From Antedon mediterranea (taxonomy: Eukaryota; Animalia; Echinodermata), in the NCBI RefSeq assembly GCF_964355755.1, contig NC_092672.1, positions 31,626,437-31,690,436 of the forward strand: a DNA stretch of 64,000 nucleotides. The letters run 5' to 3'. Position numbers and translations under genes: made by a program. The notes under the pieces are model-generated. The model saw only the letters and a list, made by a program, of their open reading frames with translations, did no database searches and was not told the DNA's origin. Shown piece by piece: positions 49,699 to 63,029 of this stretch; the first letter of the stretch is position 1, and the number at the start of each line of letters is the position of its first letter.

Positions 49699-50324
49699 TT
49701 AGAGAGAGAAAGCACCAGACTACATGGCTTAAATGAACAACACAACAGCATAGAGTAAACATGATTAAAAGACTCTTTTTTTCGAAACGCAGTTTCGTAA
49801 TCCAAAACTCTCTCTGAACGCCAACGACATTTTAAAGATAACACAAATCAGACGATAACAATCGTCTACGTCAACAGCAATGTGCACAACGCAAGAACAC
49901 AATATAAAACGAATTACCCCAAAGAAAACATAACCAAACTAGAGCTGTTTGTGGTGACATCGAAAATAACAATGACTATCCTAAATTGTGTGATTGATTG
50001 ACAGATTTGTCAAAATTTAGTTTATATTACAGTACTACTAATTAGGATATATTAGTGTAGGCCTACTACTACTGTAGACTAATTTACAAATTTAGGCTAA
50101 TTGTCATGTCTACTAAATCATAACAGCGGAAAAAAACAACGCCAGAGGAATCCGGTATCGTATGTCGACAAACCGCCATATACGGTACGAAATAAATTAA
50201 AGTATTGAAGTGGGCAACACTTTACTAATACTGCATATGTGGTTTGGTCTTTCTCTTGTGACGTTGAGACGAGGGCAATTTAACAACAGGACACTGAGCT
50301 CGCCTTGCTAAGATCGGGGAACTT

Positions 50325-50466
50325 GTAACAGTCCTTTGATCTCATGTCTGGCTGCGAGACATACCAACAGTAGTGTACTACGTACATGTTCTCCGCGCGG
50401 CACGCGGTGTCTGTAAGAGCGTGGAACTCATCGTATCGCAGCCACAGATAAACCATTTGATCTTGG
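50325..50466 (+). repeat. Second copy of the ~145-bp dispersed repeat
   Basis: Collinear with 31445-31592. Confidence 0.75.
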
Positions 50467-50639
50467 GAATGTTTGGCATATTAATAATTATGTTATAAAT
50501 ATAAAATGATGTCGCAACAGAACATTTTATTTACAAAATACATTTTTCTGAGCTCCATGCTTTTTTTTATTTTAACAAGGTTGTAAATAAGACATAATGA
50601 ATTATGTGCAAATAAACATGAATGTTCACATTTATGCGT

Positions 50640-50835
50640 ATAATAATTGATTATACTGTATACATAAATTAACTATGTACACATAATTGATTACAATAAT
50701 TATGTACACATAATTAATTATAATAATTATGTACACATAATTAACTATGAATATATAATTATGTACACATAATTAACTATGAATATATAATTAAATACAC
50801 ATAATTAACTATGAATATATAATTATGTACACAAA
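50640..50835. repeat. AT-rich ~32-bp minisatellite
   Basis: Repeated ataattatgtacacataattaactatgaatat. Confidence 0.8.
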
Positions 50836-50965
50836 ATTGCAGCATGATATGTATGACCAATACACAATTATAACAAAAATATCTTCACATCATTCGACCG
50901 ATTCACGTTAAAGAAATTGTGTTATGGACCTATATGATTATATAGGTCCATGCTCGAATCCCTAA

Positions 50966-51327
50966 AGGCCAATGTACACAGACGAGAGGTAACGGTAAGC
51001 GGAAAACAAAAATATATAATCTGTCATTTTTTTTGGACCATTTACACAAAACGCGAAGCGGACGGGCGGTTAAGCGGAAACCCCCTCAGGATAGTTACAG
51101 ATTCTACGTTGGACAAACTACAAGTTTTCCGCTTAATGTTAGACGGGCCAATTTAGACAAGCGGCAAACCGCGTAGCTTGTCCAATGTAGAATCTGTGTC
51201 TATCCTGAGCGGAAACCGCCCGTCTTCTCTACGTTGTGTGTAAATGGTAATAATTAGGAATAACATAGATTCTTTATTTTTATATTTTATTTCCGTTACG
51301 GTACCGCTCGTCTGTGTAATTTGGCCT
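50966..51327. mobile_element. MITE family C copy
   Basis: AGGCCAA..ACACAGACGAG..CTCGTCTGTGTAATTTGGCCT with TAA/TAA TSD. Confidence 0.8.
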
Positions 51328-52231
51328 TAAAATTGACTTTATTCGACGCCCCTTTTACCTTCCCATTCCTTTAAAGTAGTGGAACATCTTGTAATAGTTA
51401 CAAGGTCCTAACATGGAGGTATTATACCTGTATGGTTCAATCATGTATCAAATATATTGTTTACTTTTTGCTGGGTGAAATACAAGACATTATGACTATG
51501 TCATTGCAACATTACTAAACGTTTTTTAATTAAGCACAAACTATTTATCTACAGGAAAGGAAGACATTACGATGTTACATATTTTGGAGGTGGGTATAGA
51601 TATATAAACATACACACATCATTTAAAAAAAAATAAAGTATTTTTGTATTTGTTTTACCAGGTAAAAGTAATCCCTCACTCTTCCCTGGTACTATTATTA
51701 TTTATCAAAATTCTGCTAGGGCAAGCACCTGATTCTCGGTACTGTATCTAGATTTCTCCAGTTCCATAGGAAAATTCCGTAATTTCACATGTTTTGCTTA
51801 CTATGACAGACCACAACCTAACCGTTAATCTAAACTTACATGATACAGACATGTGATACACATGAGATGCTATATTATGCAATTTTCCTATGATACTGTG
51901 CAATTATTGTCATATGTGGAGATACAGAATTGAGATTCAAGACAAGGAGGAATTGATGGAGTGGTTTTTTCTGTATTAATTATTTCACACAGAATAAATA
52001 TTTTTTACATTTACGTATACTTTATATATTTTCGCTGCTGCATTTACAAATACTATAGCGCGATCACACGTTTTTTGTTTATATTTACAAACTTCCCCTT
52101 AATTTAATTACATAACCAAATTATAACCATCACCCCACCCCCTAAAAAAACATGTAAATGAGATACGAAATTATACACTATAAATTAATGTTGGAAATAT
52201 GTGTGATCAATAAGACTGAGAGTAAGAGTAA

Positions 52232-52358
52232 AGCTCTGTCTACACTATCAAACTAGTGTGATGTGCCCAAATATGGTAGTGACATGACATCATCATGTCC
52301 ATATATGGGTACATCACATGTTTTTGTCACATAAAGTTTAATAGTGTGAGACAGAGCT
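52232..52358. mobile_element. MITE family A copy
   Basis: Family TIRs; further copies at ~33078-33225, 48771-48820, 52927-53047 and 56290-56395. Confidence 0.8.
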
Positions 52359-53356
52359 AAAGTCGCATTCTTCGTCTTAAAGATAAAGATTTGTGACACT
52401 CTCATTAACCAATGGCACTCATGGCCACTGTCTCAGAGATACAAATGTCAGTGAATCACTATGAGTCACCACACTGTAACTGTCTTTGCAACAGTCTGAG
52501 GTCACTGAGAGACAAACCACATCAAAACATATCAGTGTAAAGACTACCAGTAAGAGTAAAGTCCTTAAAGACTGGTGACACTCTCATAAACTGGTGTCAC
52601 TCTTTCATAGCTACTGCCGCAGAAAAATTACAATCCAATTGCGCAATGTATTAGTTTCTCTTTATCTTATTTTTATAAAGACAACCCAGTGCCTTAAGGT
52701 GAAAACGATACTGTCATAATGTTACTATTAATGTTTTGTATTGACTATTATATAATAAATGTTATATTGAACTTGAAGTAATAATGTCAGTTGTACAGTA
52801 TGTTCTTATAACATCAGGAACTGATGTCATTAAGAAAGTGATATCACTATGTGGGCAAAGATTGTTCAGAGACATGGAGTTACTCTAAGAAAGAGCGTCT
52901 AAACGTATATAGAAATAATTTTTCTTCTCTGTCTACACTAGCTAATTTTACAAAAAAAGTTTGATGTGCCCAAATATGGTGGTGATATGACATCATCGTG
53001 TCCATGTATGGGGACATCACATACAGTTTGAGAGTGTGGACAGAGCTTTAGAGATAAACGTCAACAACTTATGTCAATACTCAAAAACAGTAGTGTTAAT
53101 TAATAATCATCCATAATCATTTGAAATGAATTTTGAAACTGGTCTTATGAATGGACATTACCTCAAAGACAATAAAAAACAGTGGTGTTAAGAGGCATTG
53201 GGAATGAAGGTTGTAATGTGTCTTATGGACAGACATTATCTTAAAGACAATAAGCATCAACAACTTGTGTCAATATCTGAAAAACAGTGGTGTTAAGAGA
53301 CATTGGAAATGAATGTTGTAACATGTCTGGACTGACATTACCTCAAAGACAATTCC

Positions 53357-56300
53357 TTAGGCATCTGGATCAGTTAGGAAGCAGACACACATGCGATCTT
53401 TACCAACCAATAAAAGAGCAGTGCCATCTGGATTCCAATGAAGGTTGTTCACTTGGAATGAAGCTGAAATATCAGAATAGCAGAGAATTAATTATAACAA
53501 ACAAATGGTATGGCGTAATGGTAAGCGATGTCAGACTAGCATGCGAGAGGAATGGGTTCGGGATATTTTTGTGCCATATTGATTATACCCTCAATGGAGA
53601 TATGTTACTCTAATTCTTCGTTTACATACATTGTACATTTATTTCTGTGGTCTTTAGGCAAGGATTACCAATAGTAAATTAATCACTGTCCTACCAGATA
53701 GGTAATAATCCCCTGATACAGGAGCTTTTCTGTGAACCAGTTCACCGGGGTAACCCCCTACCCATCTCTCGACACTGGACCTATGGTTTATTAACCTTAT
53801 CCAAGAAGACTTCCACCACCAGAACTATGTGCGAGTCGGCCTCTAACCCATGCCGATATTGTTTGTTCTTTAGGTATGGTAAATAAAGTATTAAGGATTG
53901 CAATCTTCATGTGTTGAAGAAGACAGACAATGAGAAAGTAGTTTGTACACATCAAAGTATTCACTACTAATAGAAATAAATAGCCATTTTGAGATCATAC
54001 CTTCGGTGGGAACTTCTACGGACACACAGCCTGTCGGTGACCACATGTATAGTTTGTTATTGCCCGTGCTCATTGCCAATCGTGGATGATGAGGATCCCA
54101 TTGTAGGCCTAAAAATGTCATTTAAATAATTTTTCAAATATTAATTACAGTTTTCTAATCATGGAAAATTAAAAGATTTTATTTGTAATATCAATATATA
54201 CATATATTATTAATAATATATGCAATCGGATTTTTGTAATTTGGAACCTATAATAATACAATAAATCTATACAAATATTATTTTTTATTTTTTTGGGACA
54301 ACACTATTAATGGGACTTTTCCTACTGAAACAAGCAAGGGAAAATATAGGTTTCAACACCATGACCAACGCCTATTTAAGCAACGCCTCTATTAGGATAA
54401 AACTTTGTTGGGTTCAGAAAATGTCTCTTTAATAAAGGTTCAACTATACTTACACTTAATAGGGTTCACTTGCAGCATTAGTACAACCTGAGTTAGCTTC
54501 TGAACATCCCATATCCACAAAGCATTTGGCATATTTTCTACAGAAACAAATCAAAGAATGATTATGTAATGCTTATACTACAGTATATCATATTATAATG
54601 CACAGTTCTTTGTGCCGAAAAGCTTTTTAAAACCACACTCAAAAACTTTTTAGCCAAACCCTAATTTGTAAAAGGATACAAAATATTTGGGTTTTTTAGA
54701 TGAAATCTTCAGTGGTACTGTAGCTTGGTGATTGACATGACTGCTTACCAATCACAGGGGGTCCATGGTTCGAATCCTGTCGTAGTTTCAATACAGCAAC
54801 ACTACATAAGCCTCATATGAGACTTGGTTTAAAAAGCATGGCTTCCCCGCCTGTAATTAGCAAGTTCTGTGTTTGTTGTTGGATGGTGTGAAGATTTTTT
54901 AAATAATTATTAATTATTCATTCTACCCCATACCATTTTTCGAAGCCATGTATTTATTGTCTGGGCTGAAAGACACTATGCTAACACCAATCTTGGGATT
55001 AGGCTTATCAGGATCAGGCTTAACCATTGGGATTTGGACGGGATTATCTTGCACTTCATCTGGATTAAGAAAAACAAATTCAGTATTAATTAACTTTGTA
55101 AATCTACTTAAAAAATAATTTTAAAAACATTAAAATCATTTAAGTTTCAGAAGAGTAGGTTTGAAAATAAAGCTTCAAATAATTTAAATAGAACCTCTAC
55201 TATGCGGACACCTTTCGGACCAAACAAAGTTTCCCTTTTATAGGGGTGTTCCCTTAAAGAGGGGTTGACCCTATTAATCGCCATATATATTGCCTTCCAT
55301 TTGAGATAAAGTGTTATTTTTTAAAGAGGTCCCACTGCATATAATATACTTATGATTGACAACTTACATTTGCTTTGAACACTAAACATGCTGGACACTG
55401 GAGGCCAAGTTCTGTCTGGCCGTATAACTTTTGGCCGCTTTTCAACTTCTTTATAAGTGACCTAAATAGAAAAGAGACAAGACAAGGTTTAGAAATTAAA
55501 TAAATGTTTGTCATCCTTCATCAAATTGTTTTACATTCTTCATATTTTGTAAAAACATTGTGCATTTTTTTGGGGTTAAGGAACAATTGTAACACAATAC
55601 TTACAACAGATGCGTTGTCCAAGGTGGACACATGGGTATGCTCAGCAACAGTCTTCCATGTTATATGATTTAAAACTCTAGCCTATAAAAAAATAAAGTA
55701 AACTTTAAGAAACAGAGAAAAATATTTTTGTAAACAGAAGAAAGAACAAGTTTTTTCATCATAAAACCAACAGCGACTTCACTCGGCACTTTAAGGATCA
55801 AAAAAATATCCTTGTTGTCAGAGTTTGGACTTCAACCCAGGAGTAGAAAGCACTAAGTTAAGCTCTGTCTACACTATCAAACTTTCTGTGACAAAAAAAT
55901 GTGATGTGTCCATATATGAACATGATGACGTCATATCACTACCCTATTTCGGCACATCAAATTTTTTTGTCAAACCAGTTTGATAGTGTAGACAGGTCAT
56001 TATGCAAACTACATAGTGTAATATGTAGTCTCCTGTTTACAGACTACAGTGTATACTTACTACTTGGTCGAAGCTGCCTATTGCTAGGAATTGGCTGGAC
56101 GGAGACCATGCAATACATTTGATACCCAAAGCATGTTCATAGGCACTGTAGGTTGCTATACATCGACCATCGACAGAATATAACAAAACTTTATACTGCA
56201 AAAACAATAAAAATATATGTTTTTAATGTAAATAAATAGAGTGAGGATTTTTTTAAATCTCTAAAACTTTGCTTAAAATATCAAATAAGTCTGACAACAA

Positions 56301-59161
56301 AAAGTGTGACGTGGAAGTGATATCATCGTATACATACTGTATATGGGCACATGACATTTGTTTGTCACATAAGGTTTGATGATGTAGACAGAGCTTTTGA
56401 AGAAGTCTATGTACATAATAGATATTAAATTCTTTCAAAAGGTTACCAAGCTCAATTAAGGGAGGGGTTACCTTGATATAATTAATTTTTTCGTAATTAA
56501 CCTAATTATCTTACTAATTACCTCTAAAATGGAGTCCCATACACAGAGCACTCTTCCGTCTGGTGACCACTCAACTCCTTGAAGGTCTCTTGTGTTCGAC
56601 TCAAAATGCTAAACAAAAACAGTGATAATCAACTTTAATTTACTGACCTTTGACCCCACCCAAAACAATTCCAGTTGGCCTGGTTACCATACCTTAACAA
56701 GATGCCATGTGGTAGCTGCAAAGATACTGATAAAGTCTTGTCCATCTCTACGTTCGGCCAAGGCCATGTACTTACCATCTCTACTGAAATCAATACCTGA
56801 AAAAAAAGAGGAAAATTCTGTCAACTCTGGCTGATTTTCTGGGAAAGTATTACTTTCCAAGACAAGAAATATATTTTGGGATATTGAGAGATTAATTTCA
56901 TTTCATTTATTTTGTCTCCATAAAAGTAGTTAATATAAAAACGTGGACAAAGAACAATAAAAAATCACACAAAACCAGGCAGAGACAGGATTCCTAAAAG
57001 GGAACTTAATCACTATCTATCCTATTGCACTGATTGTATAAAAAACACATTAGAATAAAATTTGTATAAACATTAAAAATGCATATAATATCAAAATAAA
57101 TTAAAATATATTGCAATATCATTAAAAATCGTCAATAATTTAATTAATTAAATGTGAACAATATTTTTGAAAAAAAGATACCTTAAAAGAGCGTGGAAAA
57201 TTTGTAATGATTCACCTATACACATTACTACATACTGGTATATTAAATAATTTGAAAAGAGGGGTGAGGGGTTGAAAGAAGTTTTAACAGATTTTATTAT
57301 TTAATACACTTTTACTATATTTTGTTTCTTTTGCCTTCATTTGTGAAAAGTAATGATTTTGAGATTGAAATTGAATTAATGAATTTAGTACATATTGGGC
57401 AAACTTTCTTACTTACCTTGCTTGGTGTCTTTAGGGTACTTTATATAGGACACAGATTTATTCACCAGTGACCATACAGTAATCCTAAGATGAAAGTCGG
57501 CAGTAGTCAGTATGTGTCGGCCATCTGGACTCCATCTTACGGCAACTAGACCAGCTGACCCTTCATCAATCTTGCACGTCCACTCGCTTTGTTCTAGTGA
57601 CCAAACCTGCAATTTAATAATTCACACTTGAGTGAGTGAGTGGCCGAGCGGTTAAGACAGTGGAACCGTAATTACGTAGCCATAACATCGGCAGGGGTTC
57701 GAGGCTCACTCACTCCATGGTTCTGGTGGTAGAACGAGTCTTCTCGGATAAGGACTATAAACCGTAGGTCCAGTGTACACATCTAGCTCGTGTGCACTTT
57801 AAAGAACCTAGTACATCTTTCGAGACGAGTAGGGGGTTACCCCGGTGTTACTGTATTAGTACATCACAGCCACTGATCACCAACTGGGCCCTCTGGGAGA
57901 CCAGTCTTTGACTGAAGAGGTTACCCAGTATAAATATAAATTTCAATCAATTTCAATCAATTATATACTAGTATATATAATGTTGGGTCAGTTTGAAGCT
58001 TAAAGTTTATGTGACTCTTCTGTGTCGTTTTTCTGGGGATCCAGTATAAATATTATAAATTATAAATATTAAATATAAATATTATAAATTTGAGAACATA
58101 AAATACAGTAGTTTGAGTTAATATTTTTAAAATATATTTTTAAATGTAAAATATTAAGTGCAAATTAGACATTTTTTTTACCTGGACTATACTTCTTTTG
58201 TACATACCACATAGTACAAACTTAGAATCTGAAGACCACTAAAATAAAATAAAAAATTACTGGACAGCTTGTATAACAATTACCGAATGGTACAAATATC
58301 TTCAATAATAATTAGCTAATTCATTTGCTTTAAAAGTGTTATTAATAAGAAATATTTAAAAAATAATGAAAAGAAAGAAAGGTGCATTATATTACTAATA
58401 CTAGGCCTAGGTCTATTAATTATTTATTTAAGAAGTACAGTACAAAAAACTAAATGTGGTTTACAATGATACCAGCTGAGTTGCAGTACCAGTCTGTATA
58501 AAAATGTTTGCAATACCAAATTTTACAAGGCTTTCAAAATAAATCAATATGTATAGGTCATGGAGGTATAATACCTCCATGTAGGCCTATAGGTCTAGTA
58601 TTTATTAGTAAACTAGCCTATTTACTGTAATATCTTATCTTACCTCAATGTACTGAATGCCATCTAAGCATGTGTAAAGTTGAATTATCTGAAGAGTTTT
58701 CACATCTCGAATGATTAGCCGATACTGGACACAGTTTGCCTAATATTAATAAATAAAGAAATTAAAAAAGAAAGGTTTTAAAAGACAAATTGAATTTATT
58801 TAGTTATAAGTTAGGCCTTATTATAAATAAATGCTTGTTAATGTTAGGGGGATAAGTATATAAATATAGGTACACAAACTATTAGGTTTAGAATGAACTT
58901 TTTCTAAGTTGGGCCCGTTGGCTGGAATAATGAGGCCCACCCTTCCACAGGAGTCTGGGTCCAAACGTCTCGAAAGGGTGCTATGTTGCTATATCATGCC
59001 TAGGCCTAGGCCTAAATGTGGTCCCGTCGCCTTCGGACACAATCAACACAATCACAATTAAAAAGGAGAGCCAACTGACTGGCCTAACTTACTAGATATT
59101 CGCCGTTTGGTGAAAATTTACATAGTTGATTGGTTTGTTTAAAAAGCTCCGAAAAATTCAT
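53357..59161 (-). CDS. WRAP73: WD repeat-containing protein WRAP73 (WDR8), 13 coding exons, 444 aa
   Basis: Exons 59161-59093, 58739-58644, 58238-58182, 57606-57417, 56796-56693, 56608-56522, 56195-56061, 55682-55605, 55461-55368, 55059-54934, 54537-54454, 54108-54001, 53463-53357; all GT-AG with consistent phases (1335 nt); [45 protein letters not shown] matches WRAP73. Confidence 0.95.
53640..53828 (-). mobile_element. Deu-domain SINE fragment in the last WRAP73 intron
   Basis: Reverse complement shares core and 3' tail with 42183-42423. Confidence 0.7.
54712..54892 (+). mobile_element. tRNA-derived SINE in a WRAP73 intron
   Basis: TAGCTTGGTG A box, GGTTCGAATCC B box; body taagcctca.atgagactt.gttta..agca shared with the 48360 copy. 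Confidence 0.7.
55861..55999. mobile_element. MITE family A copy in a WRAP73 intron
   Basis: Family TIRs; TTA/TTA TSD. Confidence 0.8.
57630..57960 (+). mobile_element. Full-length Deu-domain SINE
   Basis: tRNA head (TGGCCGAGCGG, GGTTCGAG), Deu-like core (TCTCGGATAAGGACTATAAACCGTAGGTCC..TTAAAGAACC..GAGTAGGGGGTTACCCCGGTG), (TTTCAATCAA)n tail. Confidence 0.85.
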
Positions 59162-59506
59162 TATTAATCATTTTCATTGTACAATCTGTTGATATCAATT
59201 TTAGCTGAATACAGCTGTTGCAAAAGGTATTTTTAAGCAGCTCAGTGGAGCGGAAGTTTTTATTTCTTCGAACCTGGCGCTTCCGATTTCTTTTGACCTT
59301 TCTTATCAATAAGAAGTTAAAAGACGCACAGTGTAATATTTTAAAACAATAGTTATTTTCCCTATAAATATTTAAGTATCAATGGTACATTATTAAATAT
59401 TTATTTGTGTAATTTGTTGGTAGAAAATTCATACATAAATCCTAATTGATATTTATATTGTGAAACATTGCTTAGGATTTTGACCTTTAAACTGTAATGA
59501 AAAAAC
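59162..59506. promoter_or_regulatory. Bidirectional promoter between WRAP73 and MRPL51
   Basis: Divergent ATGs 345 bp apart; ETS/GABP-like GCGGAAGT (59250-59257), TGACCT half-sites (59294, 59481), YY1-like AACATGGCG over the MRPL51 start. Confidence 0.7.
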
Positions 59507-60433
59507 ATGGCGCTGCACATTAAAAACATTTTCCGAAGTATTTCACGTGTTTGTATGGTTGGAATCTCCCCTCATTGCAGGCAAATATCTACGGGTTAGT
59601 TAGAAGAGTAATTGTGAATGTAACAATGTGATGTATGTCAGACTAGGAGAGGTAAATTGTAGGCCAAACCTCCAGGCTACCTACTCTACTCTAGTAGGGT
59701 CTAGCCTACCTAACTAGGCGTAATCTGGCCCTAGACTAGTAGCTAGGCTAGGTCTAGAGGCTAATAAGAGTAAAACGACAGCAAGAGAATGTGTTGTAAG
59801 CGGCCGGTAATCTTCGGCCGATAGGGCCGACCCGGTATCGCCCGGTAGGGTCTTATGATATAAAATGTTATCAAGTACATGCTAAACATAATATTTAATG
59901 TTATTGTAATGTAATATATTGAAATTTAATTATACTATTTTTGTAAAAAAATGAAATTTACTGACTCTGTTTTTTCTGAAACTGAAGACCGCCCTCTGTG
60001 ATAAACGATGTTTTGTTGTTGAAAAATTGAACAATATTTTAACTGATTTAAAATTTTCCGCTAAACTATTTCTTTTGCAGCATCAGTTTGTTTCAAAGAA
60101 AGGCCTTCAACAGAGTCACAGATAAATTGGGATAGATTGCCTGTACCAAAAAAACCAAAGCCAGATAGATGGAATGAAAAACGTGCACTTTTTGGCGAAA
60201 ACGATTGTAAAGACGTTTTAGGCGATGGCTCATACCATTTGAAAAGAAACATTAAAATTGGGCCGTTATGGCTACGTGGTTGGCGTGGCAACGAGATGCA
60301 GAGGTTGATCAGAAAAAGGAATCATCAAGGAGCACATTTAGGCCCAAAGGCGCATGAGGACATACGAAAAAGATTAAAGTACTTGTACAAACGCTTCAAT
60401 AAATATGCAACAAGGGGAAGGCTGAGGGATTAA
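59507..60433 (+). CDS. MRPL51: Mitochondrial large-subunit ribosomal protein L51 (mL51), exons 59507-59594 and 60081-60433, 146 aa
   Basis: DRWNEKRALFGEND..LG..GPLWLRGWRGNEMQRLIRKR..KRLKYLYKRFN signature; exon 1 resembles a mitochondrial presequence; phase-1 GT-AG intron. Confidence 0.93.
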
Positions 60434-60699
60434 CAAATTTCATCATTACCACGAACATTTTGTTGTTGACAGACATCATCAAACTTAAATTGAGAATGCT
60501 TACTCATATTAAAAATATAGTAGTACAGTATTAAAAATTATTACAGAAAATAAAGATAAATTGACATATTCAAATTGTAATTGTTGTGTAGTGCTTAAGC
60601 GTCAATGTACTGTATATCCTAGTATAATCCCACCCCCTAGAAAACGTAGTTCATGGAAAAAATGATTGGTAAGCATTTCTTGTAAAAATTCATCTGAAC

Positions 60700-60870
60700 T
60701 GGCTAGAGAGAGACCTACATCCAGACCAAAAGGCAATACTGGGACTATACCTGAGGATATCTTCTTTTCAATCATATATCCCACGTGTTACCAGAATTTG
60801 GAATAACTTACCCAGTGAAATCTGCAACTTAAATATTTCTGTTAGTTCTTTTAAAACCAAATTACTTAAT
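60700..60870 (+). mobile_element. Degenerate LINE ORF2 C-terminal fragment
   Basis: Translates SYIPRVTRIWNNLPSEICNLNISVSSFKTKL. Confidence 0.6.
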
Positions 60871-63029
60871 TATCTCAATATTTTTTTAAAAAATAATTTT
60901 GATATTGAAAATGTGTGTAGTTGGTCGCTTTCTTGTCGATGCTTTTATTGTAGAACGTTATTTATTTTTCTCTGTTCAGGGTTGACCAACTAGCATAGGT
61001 GTTTATGGCAGAAATTGAATAAATAAAAAAAAATAAAAAAATGCCTGTTTGTGAGATCAGACATAAAGTGGGATTATACCTGAGGATATACGGTAATCGG
61101 TTGTTTAAAAAGTTTCCATATGTCCAACAAATAGTTATAGAATATGCATGGATGTGTATCAACAAATAAAACAGTGAAATCAAACATGCATGGATGTGTA
61201 TCAACAAATAAAACAGTGAAATCAAACTCAAACCTTGTTGATATTTTAAAAACTTTTATTATCTTATCCAGGTACTAACTTTAAAATCAAGATCTTCAAC
61301 AAGAATATGATTAGATTGTATGAAATTATATAGAATTATTATATTATCAATTACACTGACGATACATAGTTATATTTTCATTAAATATTCCTACCCTGCA
61401 ATATGTTACAATTACATGTACAAAAGATATATGTACAGTTATATATATCTTTCACTACACTAAATTGTTTTGTGATCTTGTACACCTGTAAATTTAAATA
61501 CATTTAAATATTAACTCCTGTTTCATATCAATATGCATTATAAAGATCTGGAAAATTTGTTTAAAAATCTGATACCGAGAGCTTACAATGGAAGCTTATT
61601 ATTGCTTGCCGCATCTAGGATATTTTAAACAGGATTAGTGGTAACATAATAGTCGGTATAGATACAAAAAGTAGTTTCATTTTAACTGTCAAGGGGAGGG
61701 GAGGGGTGGGGGGATAGGAGTGCGCTCTTCCTCAAACTGGGATCCGCCTTGTTTGCTAAAATAGACATTTGTACTTTTATTTTCCCCAAACAATCATCAC
61801 ACACTTTAGGATTGTCTATGCTTATGTTATACAGGTAGATCTTTTATAGGGTTATTTCCAGCTCTTAATAATATGGTTTACTTTTACACTGATATTGAAT
61901 AGAAAATTATGAGTACTAAACTAACTGACCACATATTTTCTGATGTAATATTAAATTTAACTGAATGAATAAAGCTCAGCTGGGAACAGTTTATGGCACG
62001 GCAATTTGGTCAAAAAACAACTATAAATAAGAATGCACAATAAAGTTATTGTTTGTTGAAAAAACTGGAAGTGGGATTAGCCTAATCATGCATAACTAAT
62101 GAGTTTTATACACCTGTTTTACATTTAAATACACTCGCATGTGTAAACAATTGTGATATACTTGTTCAGTAAAGTTTAACAACATTCTCTAAAATGTATT
62201 AACTTGTTGAAGATTAATTGATAAAATTACAAAAGAATCACAGAGACTGGGGAAATATTATTATAGCTGAGCGATTTTCAAATTCTCTAAATGTACCAGA
62301 AAAGTTATTGATAATATTATTTACAAAAGAAATGATTTACAATATACAAAAAATGGAGAATGTTATTTTTTTTTACAGTATTTTGGAAGTATAGTCGTGA
62401 TTACTGTTTGAGAATTTTATAAATACAGTTTAAAAATGAATAATTCGAAAAGAACATTAACTATAAAACTAAATATATTTAAACAAATGAGTATAAAATC
62501 TATAAAAAAAATTATTTAATTGTTTCTTTTCATTATCAATTACCAAGTTGTTAAATATGTTGTATCATTATTATTATTAACATTTACAACAAATGTGATT
62601 TTTTCTAAATAATATTAATATAGTCAGTCCGAGGTCAGGTGAGAAATGGCTTTTCTCAAGTTATCAATTTTTGTATTAACATAATATCTAAATAAAGTAC
62701 AAAAATACAAATAATATAAAAAGCAAGCTGCCAAAAGGAAAGCAAATTATATTTTCCATTTCTTACAAAAAATTTTCCACTGACCACGAAGTTGTAAAAT
62801 ACATGCTTTTATACAATATGTTGATAAACTTGCTCTACATTTTCCCCAGCTTGTTATAACCTTTGACTTTGACCCATGACAGTATGGCTATGAGATGTCT
62901 TGCAAAGAGTAGTAACAACCTTATTACCGTACTGTAGAAGCTTAGCATTCAATAGCTGGTGACCTTTTAGCGAGGTCATCAACATTAAAACTGTAGCATC
63001 TTGGAGACAAACTGTGATCACATGCTAGT

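Noticed and set aside
37000-53000. Host protein-coding genes among the many 60-120 aa ORFs
   Set aside because: Low-complexity translations, many overlapping MITEs or SINEs; no recognisable domains or consistent exon chain.
53287-53613. 108-aa + strand ORF
   Set aside because: Antisense to the last WRAP73 exon and 3'UTR repeats; no protein features.
60061-60291. 76-aa minus-strand ORF
   Set aside because: Antisense shadow of MRPL51 exon 2.
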